A stretch of DNA of 64,000 nt. Source: Promethearchaeota archaeon (GTDB lineage: Archaea > Asgardarchaeota > Lokiarchaeia > Sigyniarchaeales > SOKP01). Below the pieces are notes generated by a model. That model was not told the DNA's origin. It ran no database searches and saw only the letters and a list, made by a program, of their open reading frames with translations. Within the stretch, counting starts at the first letter, position 1, and each line of letters opens with the position of its first letter. The stretch lies in the NCBI GenBank assembly GCA_019058445.1, contig JAHPZA010000004.1, forward strand, positions 96,001 to 160,000. Reading direction: 5' to 3'. A program made the translations under genes and the position numbers. Of this stretch, positions 9,608 to 18,898 are shown in pieces.

Positions 9608-9637
9608 ATGGATTCAAATCCCACTTCTCCCATTTAA
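9608..9637 (+). repeat. Highly diverged tRNA 3'-end remnant (att-like site 5)
   Basis: ATGGATTCAAATCCCACTTCTCCCATTTAA: T-loop plus TCTCCCATTT shared with sites 1-4. Confidence 0.65.
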
Positions 9638-9686
9638 GAATTATGGAATTACAATAGAAAAATTCACTTTTTTAAAACATATTAAA

Positions 9687-10937
9687 CTAATTTTCTGTAT
9701 TATATTCATCCACAGCTTCCAACGCTGCGATAATATTCTCAGGAGGGACATCAGGTAATATATTGTGGATAGCATTCCATACATAACCACCTCCAGGAGC
9801 AAAAATTTCAAGTAATTCTTTGACATGTTTTTTAACTTGCTCGGGTGATTTCCGATTGAGAATATTACGAGTGTCCGCTCCGCCTCCCCAAAAAGTAATC
9901 TCATCCCCAAAAGTTTCTTTTAGATATTTTGGATCCATACCTTTTGCGCTAATTTGAATAGGGTTTAGGATATCTATTCCACATTCTATAAAATCCGGAA
10001 TTAATTTCACGACTGATCCGCAAGAATGAAAAAATATCTTCATTGAACTGTGTTTTTTTATATATTGACATAATTCTTCATTTCCTCGTTTGAAAAATTT
10101 TCGGTACGTTTCAGGATTGATTATTGGCCCATTATTTTCGCCAAAGTCATCACCAAGAGTAATTATATCCACAACATCTCCCACATATTTACATATAACT
10201 TTAAGAGCATTAATAAAAAATTCAATTTGAAGATCAACGAGTTTTTCTATTTTAGATGGTTTTTGTTTAATATCGAGGACAGTTTTGTCCATCCCCCTAA
10301 TACCATGAATGCCCTCGAAAACCCCTGCTCCAAAATGCAAGATGACTGCTTTTTGAGTTTTTTCACGTAGTTGGATAGCATTATCTCTTAATTTACGCCA
10401 AAATCTCTTCTCTCCCATATTGCTAAAGGGTGGAATCATACATTGTGATCCAACATTATTATCGAATGCATTTAATAATGATTGGAAGTTTAAATTCTCG
10501 GGATACCCCTCACCAAATGGATAATAAGTCTGGTGTATGTATAACGTGTCTTTAGACATGTTCCCTAATATTGTTCCATCAGAATGAATAACTTCGATAG
10601 AATCATCGGGGTTGTGTCTGGGTTGAAAATAAGTAGGGAATTGTGCCTTAATGCCATGCAGTTTAACATCGTACCAATCTTTATCTTCTGTAAGATAAGC
10701 GGAACCTAAATCAATCACATCAATTCCAAAACGTTCGATAAACCAATCCTCAACGCGAGCTAATTGTTGTATGAGGTCATATATTCGAACATTTCCTTCT
10801 TTGATATTTAAATAGTTTTTTAAATTATAGTAGGCTATTGCCGAAATCCCAGTGATTGGAGTAGATCCAATATCTACTGGAACGCGATCTGGTTCCTTAT
10901 GATTAATAGCGGTCAATACACGCTCTCTAGAATAAAT
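9687..10937 (-). CDS. Uroporphyrinogen decarboxylase family paralog; probable ATT start
   Basis: Close paralog of 8214-9470; frame extends to (I)YSRERVLTAINHKEPDRVP. Confidence 0.85.
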   Translation of the reverse strand: MYSRERVLTAINHKEPDRVPVDIGSTPITGISAIAYYNLKNYLNIKEGNVRIYDLIQQLARVEDWFIERFGIDVIDLGSAYLTEDKDWYDVKLHGIKAQFPTYFQPRHNPDDSIEVIHSDGTILGNMSKDTLYIHQTYYPFGEGYPENLNFQSLLNAFDNNVGSQCMIPPFSNMGEKRFWRKLRDNAIQLREKTQKAVILHFGAGVFEGIHGIRGMDKTVLDIKQKPSKIEKLVDLQIEFFINALKVICKYVGDVVDIITLGDDFGENNGPIINPETYRKFFKRGNEELCQYIKKHSSMKIFFHSCGSVVKLIPDFIECGIDILNPIQISAKGMDPKYLKETFGDEITFWGGGADTRNILNRKSPEQVKKHVKELLEIFAPGGGYVWNAIHNILPDVPPENIIAALEAVDEYNTEN

Positions 10938-11133
10938 CTTTCCATCACTATATCGAATTCATCTAATCTGTTACTAATTAAGTATTATATATCATTTCTA
11001 AACTCTTACATAAAACAGAGGGGAATGTCGTAGGACTATAAATTACTTTTCTCGCAGTATCTAGGTTTTTTTTACTGACGGTTTTCATTAACTACCCAAA
11101 TGATATTAAAATCAAACTAGGAGGTTATTAACA

Positions 11134-11343
11134 ATTAGTCAAATAGAACTTATACAAGATGATGAGTGGGCAAATGATTGGAATACGATTGTGGAATTAT
11201 TTGATGTGATTAACAAGTTGAAAGAATTATTTTCTCGATTAGATGTTCCGTATCTCCGAGAAGTAGAGCAGAGAATCTTGAAATTACATCTGGAAAAATA
11301 TGTATGTTCTCTTCAAAATTATATCATTGAGAAGTATTCTTAA
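11134..11343 (+). CDS. Small helical hypothetical protein (69 aa), ATT start, missed by ORF track
   Basis: GGAGGT at 11120-11125, then ATT-AGT-CAA: (I)SQIELIQDDEWANDWNTIVELFDVINKLKELFSRLDVPYLREVEQRILKLHLEKYVCSLQNYIIEKYS*. Confidence 0.6.
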   Translation: MSQIELIQDDEWANDWNTIVELFDVINKLKELFSRLDVPYLREVEQRILKLHLEKYVCSLQNYIIEKYS

Positions 11344-11457
11344 GCGTTGTGCAAAATCATTTGTTTTATATTAGTAGCATTGAACTCATAAAGAGAAAAT
11401 AATAATTTTTAAAAGAGTTTAGCACTATCTAGAAACTAATAATTAAATTTAATTATC

Positions 11458-12177
11458 GTGATAATTTTGAATCTATTTCTTTTCTGGACTTATATATTAA
11501 CTATCTTAATACTTATTATAGTTATTTTAGTTATTATCCTTGCTTGGAGGGCTTATTTTCCAAGAAAATGGTTATACCTTCTTATATTTTCATTTACGGC
11601 TATAATCGGGGGTCTTATAATACTACTCATAGCAGAGCTAGAAGCACCTTATAATTCAAATTTTTATATTAATCCTTTCTTATACTTAATTTATTTTGGG
11701 TTAACAGGATGTTCAATGTTTACTATTTATCTTTTAGTCCTTGAAATTCACTTCAAACACCTTAAAATATTATTGGTTATGGGCCGCATTTTATTCGTGA
11801 TAATACTCGTTTTCCTTATCCTTAGTTTAATTCTTATGTTATTAATTGAATTTTTAAGGTATCCATGGATAGCGTATATAGTATTTGAAGTCGTTTACGT
11901 GCTTGGTATTATAGCTTATTTTTTGTTGGCTGTTGGAAGCTTTTCACATGTAACATCTGACCGTTTAGAGCAAGATGTGCGTCGTGGATTGACATTGGTT
12001 GGAATATTTAGCTTGGGATTTGCGTTTGGTCTTACTATATTAGCAATGGATATATTATATGTGGATTTTTCCATTGCGCTTCATCCTTCGGTATCTATTT
12101 TTTGGTTATTGTGGATTAGTATTGTATCTATTATCTTTTTATTAATGGTTCGGCGAGCAATTATCTTAATTACATAA
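11458..12177 (+). CDS. Polytopic membrane protein (about 7 TM)
   Basis: Almost entirely hydrophobic 239 aa ORF. Confidence 0.7.
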   Translation: MIILNLFLFWTYILTILILIIVILVIILAWRAYFPRKWLYLLIFSFTAIIGGLIILLIAELEAPYNSNFYINPFLYLIYFGLTGCSMFTIYLLVLEIHFKHLKILLVMGRILFVIILVFLILSLILMLLIEFLRYPWIAYIVFEVVYVLGIIAYFLLAVGSFSHVTSDRLEQDVRRGLTLVGIFSLGFAFGLTILAMDILYVDFSIALHPSVSIFWLLWISIVSIIFLLMVRRAIILIT

Positions 12178-12234
12178 TAAAGTCTACTTTTAACCATCTA
12201 TTACTTTTTTATTTGAAAATTAGCTTATCACTAT

Positions 12235-13311
12235 CTAAAAGCATTTATTCGGGGCATCAGGATTATAGAAGCATTTTGGATCAGAGGCAGTGATATCTCC
12301 TAAAAAGATATGTGCATTTGCCCGGCATCCATAACACACAAGTTTAGAAACGCAAGTTGCACAAGGTCCTTTTACATTAAATTTAAGCAAGAGATTTTTT
12401 TTCGATCTTTTAATAATTTTAAGAATATCTTCTTCGTATATATTTCCTTCTGATAAATCAGGAAGAAGTAAGCATGGTACCACACTTCCATCAGCAAGAA
12501 CTGCTAAGTGAGACTGACAAGCATATTTGCCATCTGAGCATCCTACTAGCAGCATGTGCTTTCCCTCAACGTCCGCTCTATGGCGAAATGCTTTTTCTAT
12601 CTGTGTTAAAGTAGGTTCCCATACAGAACCCTCATTTTTTGCTAGGCCTAGAGGTCTAAAAACTGCTATGGCAACATGCTTAGCACCTTTAGAATAAAAC
12701 CAATCCATAAGCTCATTTATAGATTCCGCATTTTGACTTGTTAGAGTCGGGCATCCATATATTCGATCCGGGGGAAATCCCTCATCTAGGAGTGCTTGGT
12801 ACCCCTCAATCTTAGATTTTAATGAGTACGGCAAGCTGTTTACTTGGTTATAGATCTCTTGATTAAGACTATCTATATGCATTCCAAGAATGAATTCCTG
12901 ACCATTTGCTTTAGCTAATTCACTAGCCTCTACTAACCACTTAGCCTTTTGATTTGAAATCAACCCAGCGAGTGGCATATACATATGAAAACCTTCTTGA
13001 ATACCGTAAAAAACCATGTCTTTACATTTAGGATGAATAAGTTGATCTCCACCATAGAGATAAACGACTTGCACTCCAAGTTTTTTTATTTCAAGAATTT
13101 CTTGGAATTTTTCGAAAGATAAATTATCATTCGGAAGGGTTTCAGCATCTAAGGAACTAGCATAACAATACATGCAACCACCAGCACACCTTTGATTTAT
13201 TTCTATATTTACACAAACCGGATTTCCCTTATTATAAACTTTAACAAACTCTTTTCTGGTAAAAAGGTCTAATGGGGGATTTTCTCTAGATCCATGTTTT
13301 TTCTTAAACAA
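12235..13311 (-). CDS. Radical SAM protein with SPASM domain
   Basis: CAGGCMYC; C-terminal C...ADGSVVPC...CATC..KLVCYGCRA...DPKC. Confidence 0.9.
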   Translation of the reverse strand: MFKKKHGSRENPPLDLFTRKEFVKVYNKGNPVCVNIEINQRCAGGCMYCYASSLDAETLPNDNLSFEKFQEILEIKKLGVQVVYLYGGDQLIHPKCKDMVFYGIQEGFHMYMPLAGLISNQKAKWLVEASELAKANGQEFILGMHIDSLNQEIYNQVNSLPYSLKSKIEGYQALLDEGFPPDRIYGCPTLTSQNAESINELMDWFYSKGAKHVAIAVFRPLGLAKNEGSVWEPTLTQIEKAFRHRADVEGKHMLLVGCSDGKYACQSHLAVLADGSVVPCLLLPDLSEGNIYEEDILKIIKRSKKNLLLKFNVKGPCATCVSKLVCYGCRANAHIFLGDITASDPKCFYNPDAPNKCF

Positions 13312-13338
13312 AAATAACTCATCTCTGGTTTTAAAAAT

Positions 13339-14778
13339 TCAAAAAGGTTTATCAGGTTTTGACAATTCATCCTCATAGTCTTCGAAAAACCAGTTAATCT
13401 CATTTTGAAAGAAAAATCTTTCTCTCAAAACATCATAATGCGATTTTCCTCTTAGACTAGTTAATTTTGCAATATCTTCAGAAAGGATTTTATCTTCATT
13501 CACTAAATCCATTCGGCATTTAAATTGATCAACCATCTTTATTGGTCTTAGAATTATGTTAATTGCATTTGAGATCTTTCTCATTATTTTTTGAAATTCC
13601 ATTTTATTAATATATTGTATTTCTTGATTTTCAACGAAAAAATCGTTAACTTGCTTTAATATTTCAGCCATTTTATAATAATTTATAGTTTCTTCGGGAT
13701 TTAGAACTTCAGATAAATAATTAATAATTTTTTTAATAATCCTTGGTTCAATACTTTTTTTTGTCATGCCTTTGTCTAATTTTGCTAAAAATTGTGTTTT
13801 TAGAAATTCTTTATATTTTATTATAATTGCACGGTTTTCTCTTCGATCACTACATACTTCTACTATTTCTCCTCGAGGAGTAGAATAGGTAAAACCATGA
13901 CCTTGAGGTCCAAGCCCCCCTAACAATACCATTGATAAGCTGTAGTAATTATAGTGATTTTTATAGTCCAATATTTTATTATAATTTTTTAAAATATTAC
14001 TTATTGAGACTAGATGCGTTTTTCTTCCAAATTCAAATTGAATTAATTTCATTTCGTTCTTCTGGGGATCATTTTTTATCGGTGAATAATGTTTTTCAAA
14101 GCATTTTATAAAATCTTCAATATTTCCTAATTTTTGCACACTGAGACCATATATTGAGTACCTATCGAAAAATATTTTTAAAGAACTCAAATTATATTCA
14201 GTTCTGAATAAATACTCCTCATCAGTAAAAGTTGATGAATTATTGAGATAAATCAAATAAAGATCATATGGCATTATCTTACATGAATACCATATTAGTG
14301 CATCTGAAACTTTACCAAACAGATCTTTTAGATTTGCAATGAGCGCCTTATCATTTTGTCTGATATAGTTTATTAAATCCGATTCATTTTCAGTAAACTC
14401 CCGATCAAATAAGTTAAATTCATTAAATAATCTAATTATCTCAAAAATATTTCCTATTTGACCATATTGTATACCAGAGAGATGTAAATCAGAAATAATT
14501 TTAAATCGGTTTGGAATTCTTTTTACATCAATAAAAATTTCTAATTTATCACTTAATTTGAATAATTTCCTGAATTTTTCAAATTTTCTCGAAGCTAAAA
14601 AATTAGAGAGCGCAAAATAATAATTTTTTTCAATCTGTTCTTTAAATTTATCAAACATCATTGAGGAGAACCGTGAACTTGGATCTTCTTGGATAAAACG
14701 TTCAAAAAAGTCGCTGATTTTAAATGATTCATTTGATCTCAATGATTCAACGATCTCTAAAAATTGTTCTGAAAGCAT
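13339..14778 (-). CDS. Hypothetical protein
   Basis: 479 aa ORF with Gly-rich block LLGGLGPQGHGFTYSTPRGE; family not recognised. Confidence 0.75.
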   Translation of the reverse strand: MLSEQFLEIVESLRSNESFKISDFFERFIQEDPSSRFSSMMFDKFKEQIEKNYYFALSNFLASRKFEKFRKLFKLSDKLEIFIDVKRIPNRFKIISDLHLSGIQYGQIGNIFEIIRLFNEFNLFDREFTENESDLINYIRQNDKALIANLKDLFGKVSDALIWYSCKIMPYDLYLIYLNNSSTFTDEEYLFRTEYNLSSLKIFFDRYSIYGLSVQKLGNIEDFIKCFEKHYSPIKNDPQKNEMKLIQFEFGRKTHLVSISNILKNYNKILDYKNHYNYYSLSMVLLGGLGPQGHGFTYSTPRGEIVEVCSDRRENRAIIIKYKEFLKTQFLAKLDKGMTKKSIEPRIIKKIINYLSEVLNPEETINYYKMAEILKQVNDFFVENQEIQYINKMEFQKIMRKISNAINIILRPIKMVDQFKCRMDLVNEDKILSEDIAKLTSLRGKSHYDVLRERFFFQNEINWFFEDYEDELSKPDKPF

Positions 14779-14922
14779 AATTAGACAATATTATATATAC
14801 AAGTATTATAATATAACTATTTCTAATAAAAATAAAGTGGTTTAGGATGTTCTTTAAGATTTTATTTAGACTCCTTTATAATTTTTTAATCGCATAAGAA
14901 TTCTATTATAATGATTACTCTT

Positions 14923-15336
14923 TTAGTATGCCATAGAATCTTCAGGATAAAATACTGCTGGACGCCATTCAATTGGAGTAGAATAGGTGTGAATTGTAAT
15001 ATCTGCACGTTCTGGTTGGAATCTATACTTCCTTCTAGCTCGAGATGTAGATTTTCTCGAACTAGGAATATAACAGCCTAAAAGGCATGTAAGATCGTAG
15101 GTATCGTTTATTAAAGCATCAAAAAACGGCTTATTTCTGGTTTTTGGTAAGTATCCTAATTTATGATTTTGATGCCAAACACTCACAGCATACCTATCAT
15201 ATTTATTGTTAGGTTCAGGTTGCAGTTCTAGTATAGTTTTGAGGGGTAATTTAAATATATATTTACCATTACCAGTATAATAAATACCCACGATTTGAAG
15301 ATGATAATCTTGATTATACTCTAATTTATCGACCAT
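14923..15336 (-). CDS. Stand-alone HIRAN-domain protein
   Basis: IVGIYY...LELQPEPNNKYDRYAVSV...LGYLP. Confidence 0.8.
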   Translation of the reverse strand: MVDKLEYNQDYHLQIVGIYYTGNGKYIFKLPLKTILELQPEPNNKYDRYAVSVWHQNHKLGYLPKTRNKPFFDALINDTYDLTCLLGCYIPSSRKSTSRARRKYRFQPERADITIHTYSTPIEWRPAVFYPEDSMAY

Positions 15337-15518
15337 GGCATAGCTAAAAACTTCATAACTAATATAAAAATTACATAAGAGAGGGAATTTTTTAAAACAC
15401 GAAAGAGATACGAAAGAATAAAAGTCAAGATAAAATCATATCATTTACTAAATATTAAAAATTAATATTTAAAAGTAAATTGGTTGTAACGTCAAAAATA
15501 TAATTAGGTGAAACAAAA

Positions 15519-16013
15519 ATGAAAGTATTAGTTAGTTACCTCTCCCAAACTGGAAATACTAAGAAGATTGCTGAAGCAATATTTGAGGAAATCAAGACCG
15601 AAAAAGAACTGAAACCACTTAAAGAAGTTAATAGTCTTGAAGGATACGATTTTGCTTTTATTGGATTTCCAGTTCACGGTTTTGGACCAACTAAAAATGC
15701 AGCAGATTTTATTAAAAAGCATGCTACAGATAAGAAAATAGCTTTATTTATTACCCATGCTATGCCACCGGATAATGAAATGCTGCTAGGTTTGTTAAAT
15801 AAATGCAAAAAACCAGCGAATAAAGCAGATTTAGTGGGATTTTATAATTGTCAAGGGGAGTTAGCTGAAAAAGTGGCACAAATGTTAATGAAAAGTGGAA
15901 ATCCTCAAATGGAAGAATTTGGAAAAATGCGTGATATGACTGCAGGACATCCAAATGCAGAAGAAATAGAAAAAGCTCGTGTTTTTGCTAAAGAAACAAT
16001 TGAAAAACTCTAG
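15519..16013 (+). CDS. Flavodoxin family protein
   Basis: YLSQTGNTKKIAEAI FMN-binding loop. Confidence 0.9.
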   Translation: MKVLVSYLSQTGNTKKIAEAIFEEIKTEKELKPLKEVNSLEGYDFAFIGFPVHGFGPTKNAADFIKKHATDKKIALFITHAMPPDNEMLLGLLNKCKKPANKADLVGFYNCQGELAEKVAQMLMKSGNPQMEEFGKMRDMTAGHPNAEEIEKARVFAKETIEKL

Positions 16014-16044
16014 TAATCATTAAATTATTTTTCTATTATTTATT

Positions 16045-16932
16045 TTAATCCTTACAAATTCTTTCTAAGATTGCATTCTCTATTAAAGTGGTATCTTCCC
16101 AATTCCTTACGACAAACCTTAAATTACAATCTTTAATATCTTTACGAGTTTTTATTCGCGTATACATATTATAAATTTCTGAAAGATTTTTTGCATAGAG
16201 AAATAAAATTATTGAAGGAGATACAGAACCTGCATTCCTCCAGTATTTAATATTCTCTTCTTTTTTTATTTTGTAATAAATATCTTTTGATGGGCTATGG
16301 GTTTCTATTGCTAAAACTCCTGAAATCATACCGGATATTGCTTCAAAATTAATTTTTGTAACAAATTGGGCTAATTTCATGTTTTCCATTCGTTGAAGCC
16401 TCCTCGAAACCGTTTTTTCGCTAAGATTTAGTTCGGGGCCTATTTTTGAATGAGGAGCTCTACTATTTTTATACAAATAATGGATAATTCTCCAGTCGTT
16501 GAGAGAAAATGGGTAATCAGCAGATAAATGCATTCTTGATTCGCTATATCCCTTTAATTCCACATTCAATTCAAGTATTCTATTTAAAACCTTTTCAAGA
16601 TGGATTGAATTTTTGATAAAGAACGGGAATGTTATAGTTCCATCTAGTAATTCCCATGCTTCCGTAATTTCAGGAATTTTCTGCAGCCTTGTAAACAAAT
16701 TCTCTTGAGGTACATTTTGAATAGGGCTACAAGATCCTATGTATAGTCTATATCCTAATCGAGTATAGTTAAAAACGACAGAAAAATATTTAATCACACC
16801 ACTTTCTAGTAAAGAACTAACTCTATTAGAAACTGAACGAACTGTTAGATTTAATTTATTCGCAATTTCAATATATGGAGTTCGGCACTTCCGGTCTAAT
16901 AACCTTAATATTTTAAAGTCAAGCTCATCCAA
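16045..16932 (-). CDS. Lrp/AsnC-family regulator with two wHTH repeats
   Basis: MDELDFKILRLL..CRTPYIEIA...; second unit DWRII..L..NSRAP...LSEKTVSRRL. Confidence 0.85.
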   Translation of the reverse strand: MDELDFKILRLLDRKCRTPYIEIANKLNLTVRSVSNRVSSLLESGVIKYFSVVFNYTRLGYRLYIGSCSPIQNVPQENLFTRLQKIPEITEAWELLDGTITFPFFIKNSIHLEKVLNRILELNVELKGYSESRMHLSADYPFSLNDWRIIHYLYKNSRAPHSKIGPELNLSEKTVSRRLQRMENMKLAQFVTKINFEAISGMISGVLAIETHSPSKDIYYKIKKEENIKYWRNAGSVSPSIILFLYAKNLSEIYNMYTRIKTRKDIKDCNLRFVVRNWEDTTLIENAILERICKD

Positions 16933-17104
16933 TTTTAAAACGTCCCCTTTTTTTACTTTTACTATAAATTTAGTACATTTTACTTAAATATCCTTGTAAG
17001 TTTTAACTAATTAAGTTGACATTAAAAAATAAATCATATCGCACTCTATTGTATATTAATTAATTTCCAATATTATTTTAAAGATTTTAAGGATTTGGAG
17101 AAAT

Positions 17105-17587
17105 TTGAAAGAGAAATATACGATAAATAAAAAGAATGCATTTATTGGAATGATCATTGTCATGTTAGTATCTATGATAATTGGAAACATCTTATATTTA
17201 AATCCTTTAGTAGCAGGAATTTATAAAAAACATGCCAATCATCCTTCAGTAAAAAATATGAATGAGTTTGGTGGAATTATTAACTGGATTTTACTTACCT
17301 TATTATTTGGAATCTTTTATGATGTACTTATAATTGGTATCTATATATTATTTTATGAAAGTATTCCAAAAGAAAAGTGGCAAAAAGGGCTTATCTATGG
17401 GACTATCATTGCATTTATAAAAGCGGTGCCAGAAGCTTTTAATCAATATATGATATTCAATTATCCAACAATATTAATCTTGATACAGCTGTTTAATACG
17501 ATGATTGGAATAATCCTCTCCGGAATAATTCTAGCTGTTGTTTTTGATAAATTAAAAGTTTTTGAATATTGTAAAGTGGAAGTCTAA
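17105..17587 (+). CDS. 4-TM membrane protein (DUF1761-like)
   Basis: Four hydrophobic helices; family assignment tentative. Confidence 0.6.
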   Translation: MKEKYTINKKNAFIGMIIVMLVSMIIGNILYLNPLVAGIYKKHANHPSVKNMNEFGGIINWILLTLLFGIFYDVLIIGIYILFYESIPKEKWQKGLIYGTIIAFIKAVPEAFNQYMIFNYPTILILIQLFNTMIGIILSGIILAVVFDKLKVFEYCKVEV

Positions 17588-17681
17588 TTAAGAATACTAT
17601 TTTTTTTCAATATAAGTCAGAAATAGGTCTATATAAAAAATATTGAGTGGTTTCAAATAAATACGAGGATTATTAAAACTT

Positions 17682-18827
17682 ATGTCAATGAACTTGTTCT
17701 CATCGGAAGTCCAGAAATTAGTCAATAAAGAGGTTCAATGGGTAAAACTACTTCCAGCAGATCCTCGAAGATATCTTCTTGAGTCTAATGAAATTTTTAC
17801 AGTTTATAGAACTTTAACAGATTTATTTGATTTATCTCCTGATTATAAAGATGTAATTAACATATATCAAAAAGTTCTAAAAGATCCTTTAGTGAATAAT
17901 CTTTTAGATAATTTATCGAACTGGGAAAGAGATTTTGTTAAAGCTCATAACAAGGCTGATTATCTTCCAAACCAACTCTGGCTTTTGCTTGACTGGGGAG
18001 TTAAAATAACTGACGATAAAAGAATGAAACAAGCAATTGATAAAGTTTTAGCGCACCAGGATGAAGATCTGGGTCAATTTTTAGCATTTATTGAAGCCTA
18101 TGATAGAAAGACAAAAACAAAGTATCCTATGTGGTCAAGTGCCTTATGTGATCATAATTTAATTGTAAGTGTTTTATTATTAGCAGGACTTAAGGATGAC
18201 GAGAGGGTTAAAAAAGGGCTTCATAGAATGAATGAGTTGTTAAAAAAGACTACTCAAGGGTGGGGATGGAAATGTGAACTATGGTTATATTACAAAAGAC
18301 GGGGACCAGGAAGAGTAAATGATGTCTGCCCAATGATCGTAGCGGATGCATTAAGAGGATATTGGATTTTAGAAGAGAAAGATTGGCCAAAAAATCTAAT
18401 TGATGCCGGTAAAACGCTTTTAAATTGTTGGATAAATAGATCAACAGATAAACCTTATATATTTGGTCATGGAAAAAATTTTAGATTACCTAGAGCACCT
18501 TTTTTTTGGTATAATATTGGAACCATTTTAGATGCCACAAGTCACTATCCAGAATTAGTAAAAACGCAAGCTTTTAAAGAGCTAATAGCTGTAAGTTTGA
18601 TTGAATTTCCAACTGATGGTAGATTTATACCTAAATCTATTTATATGTATTTTAAGAATTATTCTTTTGGTCAAAAAAGAGAGCCTTCTCCATGGATGAC
18701 ACTATTTCTTTCAAGAATCTATAAACGAGCAGTAGAAATTGATTCAAAAATAATTGATTCTATAAAAAATATCAATGCAAAGTCATTAAAAGGATCAAAA
18801 GGTGGAGACAAATATAAGATAAAGTAA
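17682..18827 (+). CDS. Hypothetical protein, prenyltransferase/alpha-alpha toroid-like
   Basis: 381 aa; HQDED.GQF, GWGWKC, PFFWYNI, PSPWMT motifs. Confidence 0.6.
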   Translation: MSMNLFSSEVQKLVNKEVQWVKLLPADPRRYLLESNEIFTVYRTLTDLFDLSPDYKDVINIYQKVLKDPLVNNLLDNLSNWERDFVKAHNKADYLPNQLWLLLDWGVKITDDKRMKQAIDKVLAHQDEDLGQFLAFIEAYDRKTKTKYPMWSSALCDHNLIVSVLLLAGLKDDERVKKGLHRMNELLKKTTQGWGWKCELWLYYKRRGPGRVNDVCPMIVADALRGYWILEEKDWPKNLIDAGKTLLNCWINRSTDKPYIFGHGKNFRLPRAPFFWYNIGTILDATSHYPELVKTQAFKELIAVSLIEFPTDGRFIPKSIYMYFKNYSFGQKREPSPWMTLFLSRIYKRAVEIDSKIIDSIKNINAKSLKGSKGGDKYKIK

Positions 18828-18898
18828 ATAAACTTGACTTCAAAACTTTTTTATAGAAAAAAGATGAGCTAATTATTAATTAAAAATTATTTCGAATT

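Noticed and set aside
5220-9637. tRNA-derived repeats as a CRISPR array or as split-tRNA halves
   Set aside because: Spacers are gene-sized and irregular, and no cas genes are present. The copies are mutated, lack complementary leaders, and an intact tRNA gene is adjacent.
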